The position numbers were made by a program, and so were the translations under genes. A stretch of DNA of 64,000 nt, taken from Amoebophrya sp. A120. Its lineage: Eukaryota; Protista; Dinoflagellata. Of this stretch, positions 11,736-23,400 are shown in pieces (position 1 is the stretch's first letter; every line of letters begins with the position of its first letter). A model generated the notes under the pieces. That model did no database searches. It saw nothing but the letters and a program-made list of their open reading frames with translations, and was not told the DNA's origin. The stretch is taken from positions 3,052,515 through 3,116,514 of the forward strand of contig CAJINV010000002.1 in NCBI GenBank assembly GCA_905178155.1, written 5' to 3'.

Positions 11736-14700
11736 ATGGACGTGCAGCGAAAGCAAATCGACTCCTTCACGTTAACCGTGAAGAAGGCATCTCGCGAGGA
11801 TACGTCTGGTCCGTGGACCACTTGGACATGCGAACGCTTCAGTTTTGGTGTGGTCGCAACAATCAGTGGCGAAATTCCGAACGAGCAGGTGGAAAAGGCA
11901 CGGATTGATATTAAAACGGTGCGCCCTTCCAAGTGGAACTTCGACCAAGGGAAAGCAACGGCTCTTTCCGGTGACACGGCACTCATACTTCCGGCTCCAT
12001 TTCTACCTCTTGACACGGCAGCCAGGTTTGGTGTTTATCCTCAACCAGGAGGGTCGCCAGCGGATGACAACGAGCAGGTAGCGTCATACGAGACAAGTGA
12101 CGGGAAGTATCTCATGTGTATTGCTATCAAGTACCACGGGGACAACTGTCGCAGCATCGCTTCGAATGCAGTCGCTTGTTTGTTGGAAGCAACACTGACA
12201 CCAAAACGGCAGCAGGACCCGCGCCAGCAAAGAGCTGCTCCAACGGCAACGAAAGAGCCGGAAAATAAAAAATCAAATCGCAACTCCGTTGCAAGGACGC
12301 CTGCTGAAACGCCATACGAGGTGTGTTCGGCCCTCGCCGATGGATTTGATTTGAGTTTCTTGGCCCTGTTTGGGGCCCTCGTGATCACCTTGCGCTTGTC
12401 AAATTCGATGAGCGTGCTCTTTGACAAGGCCGGCTGGGAATCCTCATGGCTCTCGCAAAACTGCCGGAAGTGCAGCTCCCGGAAAGAAGTGCAGCTGCCG
12501 GGCTTTTTCACTGCGACAAAACGACTATTGGAGCAAATGGCGTGTCAGTTGCAAACAGAAGCGACCAGCAATTTTTTGCGCGCCTACACCATGACGATGG
12601 CAGAGTGCTTGCTCCTGCGAAAATCTAAATTGTCGCCGATTGTGTTTCCACTTGACGTAGCGCCGACAAGCGTCTTCGCTAGCTGTTTTCCGGACCGGCT
12701 CGCCTGGGTTGTGGATGTGATGAAGTATCTGACGCACGTCGAAATTTTCTCCATCGTCGGACCGTTTTCTTCAGATCCAGATGACGTACGGGAAAGGTTG
12801 CTGGCGATGCTTTTCGATGTGTCCTTTTGGACAGGCGCCGCCACGAGTAGGCTGACCGAACAAGCGGACAACAAAGACTCTCGACCCAACCTCTTCTATG
12901 CGGTGCTTGACCAGTACAACGGACACGGAGCACCATGGCAAGCAAAGAGCTGGGAGGAACGGATGCTCGAACAACTTCCAGCTCCGGCAGAGATGAAAAG
13001 GGCCCTCGTTTTTTTTGGCACATCGCACAAAATTATTTTTGAAGGGCTGCTCCGTCCGATGCTTGAAATCATGCGGAACGGCCGCGTGCCATTTGGAAAG
13101 CCCTTCGAGGCGCGCGAGCAGTGGCTGAAGCGTCTCATACGGTGCCTGCAAATACTGAGGGCTACAGCCGAGGAGTCCTCGAACATGTCGCTGCGGAGGT
13201 GGGTACACACACTCGAGACGGACGCAATGTCGGCAGTCTTACCCGGGAACAGTCGGTGTGTGTTTCTGTGTACCGTGGGACAGTCGGTATTTATTGGTCT
13301 GTCTACCAAGGGCTGTGCAGATCTTGCGAATCTGGACTCTATGCTCAGCAAGTGGTGTACACAAGATGGCACTGCGCCGGAGACTCAAGACGACTTTTCT
13401 GGTGGGTTTCGACCAGACGAAATGGTGCGCGCGATGCGCAACCCGGGCACGCAACTTTGGAGTAAGCCTATTGCCACAAAATACTTATGGTTTCAGCAGG
13501 CGGTTCTGAAGTGCAGTGCCACACCCTCGATTAAAGGCCTGAACTGGATGTGGTCTGTGGATGACATCGCGAAGTGTATTTGTAGTGTCAACTTCGTGTA
13601 TTGTGCGAAACAGGGGATCGACGTGCCTCGTCGTGGAGTTCGCAACGACCCTCCTGCAAGCGGCAGATGCGAGCGGGTGAACGACCCAGCGCAAACACCA
13701 CGGCTTCCTGCAACACCACTTGAGATGGTAGATGCGCTTCGCAAAGACGTGCGCACAGTTCCGTGGCTACAAGACGGCGGCGATTTCGATTCCGATTTGT
13801 CACGACCACTGGACTTGGTTGAGGCGCTGCTACGTCCCGCGAAATTTCTTTACCCGCATTCGCTGTCAGGACGGTTGGACTGGATCACCGCGTTCAAAGC
13901 TGTGGGATCCTCGTGCAAATTCGCACTTGCGGACGTGGAGGCGTGCGCTTGCAAGCCGGAATTTGTGTGCGGAACTGGTGCCGGGGCCCGGATGACGCGC
14001 AGCCAATTGAGTATGCTCGACGAGAGGGTGCGAGACTGGTTGCAAAGCATTGGGTACAATTTTCTCTACACGGACAAGTTTCTTCCGTTGATTGACGATG
14101 CCCGCGAGAAGCTCCGGGTGCATTTCACACCAAAGGCGCCGGGCAGCGCTTCCGCAGAAGATGCCGGATTGGCTGCGTCGCTCGGTTCGACGAATGAGCG
14201 GCTGGACCGTTTGGAACGAACGGTAGCTGAAAAAATGGACAACTTGACGAATGTGTTCGAGAAAGTTTTGGCGCAACAGGCCATGCTGTGCGAACTTTTC
14301 GCTGCGCAGCAAAAGGGAGATCAGGGAACCTGGAAAGGTGCTGTCGTGCCCAGTCTCAACTTGAAGAACGTGCCAGGAACGCCCACCATCCATCCGCCCA
14401 TGAAATTCGACATCGCCACGCCGGGACGAGCCAACTCGGCCTGCGGCAACGACGACGACGAAGCGTGCAAAAGCGCCTCGGACTCCTCTGAAGCGGTTTT
14501 GCTTTCGGACGGCGGCCTCCAAATCGAGGAGATTCAGTTTGATGCGCTGGAAGGGGAAAACGAGAAGACAGCTGTTGCATCCACCGACGAAGGAAGTACG
14601 AGACAGCACGCGGACTCTGTAGTAAATGCAGCTCCTTCCGCTCTCTCGTCCGCACGCAGCGCTCCTGCATCAACCACACTGATGGCATTATCAATGCGGA

Positions 14701-16115
14701 CCCCGACCAAGAAAATCAAAATGCCGGCTGTGGCTTCTGCACCCGCAAGCAAGAATACCGGGGTGACGCGGCCGGCCATAGTTGCTTCTGCACTTCTTGA
14801 TCCATCCGAAAAATCCGACGCGGACGAGTACGAAGCTGCGGTATCAAAAGCGGAATCTGCGAAAAACGAAGCCTCGCCTGACGGGGAACAAAATGGAGTC
14901 GCGTTTAACGCCGAGGATGAGGACGATGCTGACGACGTCGAGGAAGACGCTGATGAAGAAGACAGTTCGCTGGACAGCTCACGCTTACCGTTGCGCAGTT
15001 ATCGGTCCTACCAGTATCTGTCCACGCCGGACTCCGTTCGGTATTCCGTGAACTCCGAGCACGAGGGCATGCGCACCATTCACCTGAAAGGGTTCAACAA
15101 ACCGGTCTTGCGGTGCGAAATGGAGTACGTCGTGAACAAAGTCGTGCAAGCGTTGTTCCAGGCACGCGGCCTCGCTGCCACATCCCCATACCTCTGGGTT
15201 GAGAAAAATGGCGAAATCCTTTCTGAAGATCAGGAGCAAAGCAATTTCATTGTGAACCCCGCCGGAGACACCAGCACGGCGGTCGTCGCAAATGAGCGCG
15301 CCGCTGAGATGAAAAATGTTGGAGGACTGCAGACACAAGGGACGAGCACTTTTACGAACATCAGCAGCTCTTGTTGTACTGGTATTAGTACACGACAAGC
15401 GACAACAAAGGTTGTGCAGTGGAAAACTTTGCGAATCGGAAATGAGTCGGAACATGTTGACTTGAAGATCGAGTTTGTGTTCGAGTTCGGCGAAAAAGAC
15501 GCGTTTTGCTGCTGCGTCGTCGCGCCGGACATCGCCACAAAAAACCAGATCGAGGTGAAATTCTTCCCGGACACCTCCGGCAGTGCGCGCAAGGTCGAGA
15601 TCGATATCCTTGATCTGTTCAGGGACTGCTCAGCGAAGGTGGAGGTGGCAGCCGGCGAAACTACAGAAGATGGCGCACTCCTTATTTCCTTGCGTGACGA
15701 AGTTCTCGCTGCCGCGAAAGCGAAGAGGCAGGGGCAGCAGCAGCAAGTACCGCAGCAATGCCAAAGTCCTGCTCTTAATTATTCCGGTGAGAAAGTGATT
15801 TTCACTGCGAAGCGCAACAAAGACCTTGTGCAAAAGATTTTCCAAGTCGTCTTCCGGGCCCTCAGGGGAGAAGACAAGGCTCAGCGCCGTGCGGAATTCC
15901 TCGGCAGTTTCTTTCAGGAACTGTGGTGCAGGAATTTTCTTGCCGGAGCAGGTGACGATACGGAAAAAGAGAAGAAGCTGGACGCAATGGAACTGGTTTT
16001 CTGCCGGTCTCGGTTGCAAACGGTCACCCTTGAGTTTGACAACGTTGCCGACGATTTTCCTTCGAAAATGGCCTACTCTCTGCCGAACCTGAAACTCGCT
16101 AACGACATCATGTGA
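11736..16115 (+). CDS. Intronless 1459-aa hypothetical protein with a short central coiled coil and an acidic linker
   Basis: 4.4-kb uninterrupted ORF with ATG start; no family motif recognised. Confidence 0.8.
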   Translation: MDVQRKQIDSFTLTVKKASREDTSGPWTTWTCERFSFGVVATISGEIPNEQVEKARIDIKTVRPSKWNFDQGKATALSGDTALILPAPFLPLDTAARFGVYPQPGGSPADDNEQVASYETSDGKYLMCIAIKYHGDNCRSIASNAVACLLEATLTPKRQQDPRQQRAAPTATKEPENKKSNRNSVARTPAETPYEVCSALADGFDLSFLALFGALVITLRLSNSMSVLFDKAGWESSWLSQNCRKCSSRKEVQLPGFFTATKRLLEQMACQLQTEATSNFLRAYTMTMAECLLLRKSKLSPIVFPLDVAPTSVFASCFPDRLAWVVDVMKYLTHVEIFSIVGPFSSDPDDVRERLLAMLFDVSFWTGAATSRLTEQADNKDSRPNLFYAVLDQYNGHGAPWQAKSWEERMLEQLPAPAEMKRALVFFGTSHKIIFEGLLRPMLEIMRNGRVPFGKPFEAREQWLKRLIRCLQILRATAEESSNMSLRRWVHTLETDAMSAVLPGNSRCVFLCTVGQSVFIGLSTKGCADLANLDSMLSKWCTQDGTAPETQDDFSGGFRPDEMVRAMRNPGTQLWSKPIATKYLWFQQAVLKCSATPSIKGLNWMWSVDDIAKCICSVNFVYCAKQGIDVPRRGVRNDPPASGRCERVNDPAQTPRLPATPLEMVDALRKDVRTVPWLQDGGDFDSDLSRPLDLVEALLRPAKFLYPHSLSGRLDWITAFKAVGSSCKFALADVEACACKPEFVCGTGAGARMTRSQLSMLDERVRDWLQSIGYNFLYTDKFLPLIDDAREKLRVHFTPKAPGSASAEDAGLAASLGSTNERLDRLERTVAEKMDNLTNVFEKVLAQQAMLCELFAAQQKGDQGTWKGAVVPSLNLKNVPGTPTIHPPMKFDIATPGRANSACGNDDDEACKSASDSSEAVLLSDGGLQIEEIQFDALEGENEKTAVASTDEGSTRQHADSVVNAAPSALSSARSAPASTTLMALSMRTPTKKIKMPAVASAPASKNTGVTRPAIVASALLDPSEKSDADEYEAAVSKAESAKNEASPDGEQNGVAFNAEDEDDADDVEEDADEEDSSLDSSRLPLRSYRSYQYLSTPDSVRYSVNSEHEGMRTIHLKGFNKPVLRCEMEYVVNKVVQALFQARGLAATSPYLWVEKNGEILSEDQEQSNFIVNPAGDTSTAVVANERAAEMKNVGGLQTQGTSTFTNISSSCCTGISTRQATTKVVQWKTLRIGNESEHVDLKIEFVFEFGEKDAFCCCVVAPDIATKNQIEVKFFPDTSGSARKVEIDILDLFRDCSAKVEVAAGETTEDGALLISLRDEVLAAAKAKRQGQQQQVPQQCQSPALNYSGEKVIFTAKRNKDLVQKIFQVVFRALRGEDKAQRRAEFLGSFFQELWCRNFLAGAGDDTEKEKKLDAMELVFCRSRLQTVTLEFDNVADDFPSKMAYSLPNLKLANDIM

Positions 16116-17489
16116 TTATGAAGTTAATGAAGTAAAAAAATAAATTGTCTCGAGTATGGAGTTTCTGTTTCTCAAGAACCGCCCACACCTAGTTGTGGAG
16201 ACTAAATTCATATTCAAATAACTTGAATTTTGTGAAAAAGTAAAAGAGCGGCCTGCTCGTTTTGTCTTTTAGCCTGTGGTCTTCGCTATTGGGCCCTATT
16301 GATTTATCAACATCAATGTAGTTGGAGTGCTAATTTATTAGTATTGGTTCAGGTTTCTATATCTCTTTGTCGTGGCCGGCAACTCATTGCAGCCACGACG
16401 AGAACTACACAGCCAGTTTCTGTTTCCCTCATGTTTTCCAGTACTTGATCAATTTGAACTCAAAGTTGTTCCTTGTTTTGCCAAATATGGATGTGAATAT
16501 GTCAAAGTCAAATAGTTCCCATTGTATATACACAGGTAGGCGATGTATGCCATACGAATACAACGAGAGGTCGCGATTTTGTTGCGTGCGCTCGTCTCCA
16601 GTCTCGTGATTCATGTTGCAGATAATCTAGACAAATAGGTCATATAAATTTGTATTGGATTGATCGATGTATATAAAAGTAGGCTCATCTTTTTAAGTCA
16701 GTCAAAAACCAAAACGTCATGACTTAGCATCAGCAATATCATTGCAGCCAAGAACAAAAACAAAATAAAATAAAAAAACGAAAATGAGCGGCAATATCAT
16801 TGCCACTGAAAAAAAAAAAACGACTCCGGGTGTTGTACCTCTTTGTGGTAACACGCTCTCTGGTCGAACAGGAGATATGATCACGATCAGCATTTTCTTT
16901 GATGGGCGGCCTATTTTTGTTCTACATTCATTCGTTTATCTGGTAGCACTTTTTTTCATTTTCATCGGTTGAATTGAAGAAAGGACGCTTGCGTTTTGTA
17001 AATAAAGCGCACCTCACGTATCAATCTTGACTTTTGTCGTGCACTATTGTCTTCTTGCGAGTTTTCTTTCATAACTTTCACTCTCGTCGATGCCCGTCAA
17101 GCTCAAGTCCTCTAAAAATCGGTCGCGATAGTGTAGTCGGTTGCTCCGGTAGTGCGTTGTTTCAGCAGGAGGAAGATTCGGGCATTTAAATTGTCGGACT
17201 TTTTGTTTTGGACAAGTGACTATGCATGTGGCATGTCGGGTGAAAACACTCATTCTCATACACAGACGCATATGCAATCAAGTCGATTTTCACTTTTTTT
17301 ATTTTTTATCATCTTTCTTTTGCCAAAGACAAAGAGCACCGGTATCTGATTGTTGCCCAAGTACTGTCTATTGTTTGACTTTAATGTCGTTAGCACGCTC
17401 CTTTGATATTCCAACGGAAAAGTATTTTGAATTGCATCAGGATACAACTGCTCTTCTAACATTTAACTTCCGCGAGCACGAGGATCAGT

Positions 17490-20400
17490 ATGGCCGCGAC
17501 TCCGTTCACAGCCAGCACCTCTGCCCCCTCTACTCGCGTCCGCAAGCGCGACAGCACTGCATCCCCCCCCTCGAGTCAGAACTACAACTTCTCCACTGCA
17601 GGAGCTGCAGGCGGTACCGCATCGAACTCTACTTCTGACAACCACGCCGCCACGACAAAGCAGCAGCAGCTGAAACTCTCGGACGGCGACACGGAGACCT
17701 TGCTCACCCTGTTACCAGTCCGGAACGAGAAGACGAAGAGAAACAGCACGCAGATCGTGGAGTTGGGCGGGAACGGTAGCGCAATAGGAGCGAATGGTAT
17801 AACAGCGTCATCAACACCAGGTGGTACTACGACATCAGGTGGAATTACAGCAGGAGCAGCTCCGAATGTTGTTGCCAGTGAAACAAGAACCACCGCTGGC
17901 GCAACTTCCCGCCGGGTGAGTCTGCAGCTTTACAACGAAGACCAGTTCCATAATCAGGATCAGAAATTCAATTTCAACTTCGCAAATCACGGGAATTTTT
18001 CGTCATCTCCACCGAGCAAACCAGGTGCAATTAATTCCGCCTCGACGACACGGCGACAAAGCGTAGCGACGGTTGCAGCGCAGCATTGGCGCAGACGGGC
18101 GACTTTGTTGAACGGGAGTACGAACAATGCCGCGGGGAAAGGCTCTACAACATCTTCTGGAAACAACAGAGCCGGTAACCAACAATTATCCGATGAAGAG
18201 TTGCAAAAAATCTACCGATTTTTGAAGAAGCGAGAAGCGAATGGGGGAGGAGGCGGGATGAACTACGCGACCGCCGGGCGGAACAGCGGGACGAACACGG
18301 CAGCTACAACTATCGGAAATCACCATGCGAATGCTGCAGCATTTCCTCTGGAGAACAACCGTAGCAGCGCCAACGGAACTACGTCCAGCACTATCGTTTC
18401 CCCCAGTGTTTCCTTCAACAGCCAGCAGTTGCAGTCGCTGCCGTTAGACCGTGGAATGAAGAGCAAAGCAGCGGGCCGTGCAGCCGCCCCGAGGAGCCCG
18501 ACGAGAACGACTCGGGAGGTCCTGAATGCGGTTTATGCTAGAAGAAAACTGTGGAATTGTAAGTCTGTAATGCAGCACGCACCACAGTTTTACAGTTCGT
18601 ATGCTGGCCAGCCATGATCATGAAGTAGAAGTCCTCTTTTTAATTATATCCGTTTGTTTCACGTACTACTAGCCGTGCTTGGAGACAGGCTTTCTTTTTC
18701 ATCATGCAGAGCAAATTTATTGATATTGTCATGTTGTCACTCCAAGATACGTACACTAACACAGTTTTTTCCTTGGATTCAATTTGCGACAGGCCGGCTG
18801 TGACACAGGATGATCCAGATATTGGTATGAACTGCAAAAGTATCGTACTCGTATAAATGCATTACAAATTTCCTCAGCATGAGAAAAAAAATTTGTAATG
18901 TGGATTTACCTTAAGAAAAAGATTTGTAATGCAAAACTTGCATTTATATGAGAGCGTTTGAGCAATTAATTTTTTCGCAATTCAAAAAATAGATTTTTGT
19001 AATAAAATCATTCCATTTTGTTTCTTTTATCGCCGCCGCCACGATGGTGATGTCGAAACCTGATGATCCGGTTGTTTGGTGATCCGGCTGTAAGGTATGG
19101 TTGTCAAATACGGGAGATTCCAACTTGAGCTAGCTAATTAAGATAGAAGTATTTATGCATGACAAATAATCAAGAACTGCGGCCGCTATTCAGCTGCCTT
19201 CTGGAGGTTGCTTCCTAGGTAGCCAGGTAAGACGGTGGCCAAGACGTCGCGGGGCCCCGTACACGGGGCCCCGCGACGTCAAATCGCCGGTCTTCAAAGG
19301 GTCGTCGCTTGGTCTAATCTAAATGCGTATCCTAACACCATCAGTATCTACATCAAAAACATACATACCAAGATACCTAAATTAGCTAGCTCAAGTTGGA
19401 ATCTCCCTATTTATCTCATTGCATAACTCACCCAAAACCGGCACCGGAGACACCAGCTTTTCCACTCCGCAACGGCGACTGCAAAAACGATCATACCGTG
19501 GGGATTGACAGATACTTTAATCTGAAATACGCGACTTTTTGAATTGCGGAAAAATTAATTGCTCAAACGCTCTCATAATTTATACGAGTACGTTACTTTT
19601 GCACAGGATAATTGGAGCTGGAGGCCAAAAGATAACTACGACTGCAACCTCGCCGCGAAATACCTGTGGAACTGGCACAACCACACTAACCACAAATCCT
19701 CCAAATGACGACGACGACGACGAACTAAACTTCGCCTTTTCCACCGCCGCGAAGGGGATACTCTCCGACGCAGTGATTGACTACAGCAAAAACCCGAATC
19801 GGCCCGCTACCGCGGGTATGCACTGCAAAAGAATCGTACTCATTTACAAATTTTCTCAGCATGAGAAATGAAATTTGTAATGCAGTTTTACCTTGGAAAG
19901 GAAATTTGTCATGCATGCTACATGCATAATTGCAATTAGTACGAGTACGAGACTTTTGCACAGGACAGCGGGGAGCCAGTCCGACACGAGTCGGAGTTTG
20001 TCCCGGTTGAGCTATCAAAAGGAAAAATCCCCCCTCCCCATACCAAAAGGGGTCACTTCTGAAAATTTGTGATGCTGATTTGTGGCCACAAATCGTCTCT
20101 GTGTTGCAAGAAGGCAAATCCAGACATCCCGCCGCATTTTGCAGGCGGTCTGTGATGCTGTTAGAACTACAGTTGGGATCTCTGTCATGCTAGGTGCCTA
20201 CGTCAGAACATCGCCGCCCAGGCTTTGTATCTGCCTGCATTTGTCTACTGCAAGACAAAGCTGATTTGTGTACAGAAATCCCGCATCACAGATTTCGACT
20301 GTGATTTAGGGAGGGGGGATGTTTCATTTTGATATGAGCAGCCGCCCAACGACGAGCGGGAATGGAGCGAACGATAAAGGGCCCGGGGCTGGGTCTACAA

Positions 20401-23400
20401 CACAACTTGTCGTGGACCAGTTCCCGCCGTCACCAGCTGGAACAGGGCCACAACAACATGATCCTCGTGGTTATCAACAACAAAAAGGCAGCAAAAGTGC
20501 TTCCTCCCACAACTCCAGAAGCCGCAGCAAAACGCCACCGTCGCAGCAAGAACAAAATGAAAATGTTGAAAACTGTCACAACCAGCATCAAACCAGTAAC
20601 CTGACCTTCAGTTCTTTCGAGGACTTTAAGAAACGCGTGGAGGAGGGAGATTTGGCAACGAAGCAGTTGATCGCGAAAACCAATCAGTTTCTGAACCGGA
20701 CCGTGAAACGAGCAAAAACTTTAGCAAAAGAATCTGGGCACAGGTTTCTGAACCTCGACCAGAAAATTCAACTGCTCTTCCACATGCAGCACCACTACAA
20801 ACAGATCGCGAATGTGAAATCTGGTTTCAAACAGTCCGCGGCTGCGTGGAGCAGTAAGCGAAACGGTGCGGAGGGTGTTTTCAGAGGTGGTAGTGCGAAT
20901 CTCGCTACCACAACATCCGGGGGAGCAGCTTCTGCCGCGGAAAAGAATTTCGTCCCCTCCCGGCGGAAAAATATCATGAAGCAAATCCGGCGAAGCACAG
21001 CGTTGCAGGAACGGAAAGCGAAGTTGTCGAGTTACCAGGAAGAACTGATGAGTGAAACAAGTTTGATGGAAGGTGGTCGTGGTGGTAGTGGAATACCCGC
21101 AACACAAATTGTGTCGCCAAGAAGTAGAGCAGCTCCTGCTGCTCCGGCCACCAATAATTGGGTTTCTGAGGCGAAGTTGCTCGCGTTTGAATCAGGCGGT
21201 GTCTACGACGGACTAGGGCAGCAGATCAGCAACTTTTTGCACATGCGGAACCATCTATCCCTGCTCGCGAAGTCAAAAATCGCTGTGGATTGCTATCTAT
21301 CAAATGTAAAAATGTCTGGGTCTGGGAGATTGCGAGATTTGTCATGGTAGTCTGGCATGACTCTAAACCCTGTATTGCGTGCCCGCGAAGAGGTCCTGTT
21401 GTCTGTCATGCAAAAGCGCAGTTTCTCATGCGGAGTACGCAACTCTGAATCACGGAAAAACTTGTCATGCTGGGGAGCGCATTACAGTGTGATCAATATT
21501 CCCTTCCTTGCATCACATGTTTCCAGACCCAGACATTTTTACATTTGATACTATCACCCACTGTTGGTGAACAAGCCGGGCGTGGGATATGGAAGCGTCA
21601 GGTTTGAAATCGTCAAAGTTCAAATAATTTGTAATGCATAAAATGCATGACCCGAGGCGCGTGTGTTGCAGAGCAGGCAAGTGAGGCCGATTGTGAGCCT
21701 GTTTGGGGTTGCAGCTCGAGCTGCTAAAGTAGCATGAGAAAATCGCTCTTCTTTGCCTAAACAGCATGACAAACTGGATTTAGGGACCGCCGAAGTTTGT
21801 CATGCGCCACTTGGAAACTGGGTTCCAACTGGCATCCGTTTTATGCATGGCAAATTATTTCAACTTTGTCGATTTCAACTCTGACACATCCATATGGGAG
21901 GTGGAGGGGGTACAAGTACTGGTCAGCAGCGACAAACAACAGGTTCTTTATTCCCATGCAACCACAAGCGGATCTTCACGACCAGCAGTAGAAAGAGCCA
22001 CACGACGAGCACAACTATCGGCACCAGAAAAAGCACAACACACCCCCCAAACTTCCGGAAATCTACCGCAAGACAGACGACGTCGTTTGGGCCGGGGAGG
22101 AACACCATGCACATATTGATGAACAACCTGGGGCAGAAAAAGAAATTATCCCAGAAGGTCCGCAAACGCTTCGTGGGGGTGAAGTTTTTCAAGAAATTCT
22201 TCAAGAAGCAGAACGGTAATAAAACAGCGACTCTCAGCAAGAAATCCGCTTTGGTTCTGGCCGCATCCGCTTTTCAACGACTGGCCAGAGACGCGTTCGA
22301 AACTGCCGCGGTGGAAAAACAGGAAATCGGGTTCTACTTGGGAGCAGGTACTAGTAGCCGAAAGAAGATAAGCAGCGGTGTAAGAATTCCCCGGCAAGAT
22401 GAACGGCTTCATCAAACTGACTCCGAGCTGCTGAACATGCAAGAAGAGAATATTAAACTGTTGAAAACCGAACAGATTTTGAACAACTCAAACATCAGGC
22501 CGTTGGCAAAGGACAGAATGCGGGAATTGCTGAAAAAGCCGGTAAGGGAGCAATCCTGGGTAAAGGAAAAGCAGGACCAGAAGTGGCAACCGACTTTTCC
22601 CTACAGCAAATCTGGATTTCTGTCCTGCGGGTTTCTCTGCGAGGGGAGCGAGTACCCCCTGCGGTATGAACACGCAGCAGGTGGAACAGCGACGGGCGGT
22701 TTCATCTCGTGGAGGGGAACTGGTAGTTTTTGTCCGCCCGCCAATGCTGGTAGTGGAAATAAGACAACAAGTTTTATACCGACGGACCATCTCGATCAAG
22801 GCGGTCGATTTGGAATGATGAATCCAAACAACTCTTATCATTCCAAGCAGTTTACGAAATTGCCACCGGAAAACCTGGAAGATTTTTTGAAGTACGATTT
22901 TCTGAAATCGCCTCTGTGGACGAACGTCCGATTGATGGAGCCGGAAGTCTACCACGGGAAGATCTTGAGCATATGAAATGCAAAAGTTAAAGTACCGGAT
23001 TTAGTACGTAATTGCAATACGATGAAATACAAATAGGATAATTAGCTCAGCATGATCAACGATAAGGGAACTTTTCATGCTGATTCAACTCGAAGAGGAG
23101 ATCTGTCAGATACATGATTGCGATTTACTAGGAGTACGATAGTTGTACTTTTGCAATTCATAGAGACGGGACGATGGCGATTACAACGCGATGTGCAAAA
23201 ATTTTCCGGTAAAAGTAGAACAGCAATCTCTTCAAAAGCATCAGTTTTCTCCCTACGGGCGCGGCACAAGAACATCTTTATCGAGAGATAAAACTACTTC
23301 TTCGTCAATGCGTCAGCACCAAAACCAGTTCCAGCAGAGGAAGAGACGGTGCTGGCAGGAGGTGTTTCAAGAGGCCGTGGATGAATTGAAAGACAGCGAG

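Larger units (their letters stand above)
18826..19610. mobile_element. Introner family B hosting nested insertions
   Basis: DR ATTGG/ATTGG; 149 bp once the nested element and one TSD copy are removed. Confidence 0.9.

Noticed and set aside
18947-19577. Assigning the TAT..ATA elements to a named transposon superfamily
   Set aside because: End sequence and 5-bp TSD alone are insufficient, and no transposase is present in the window.
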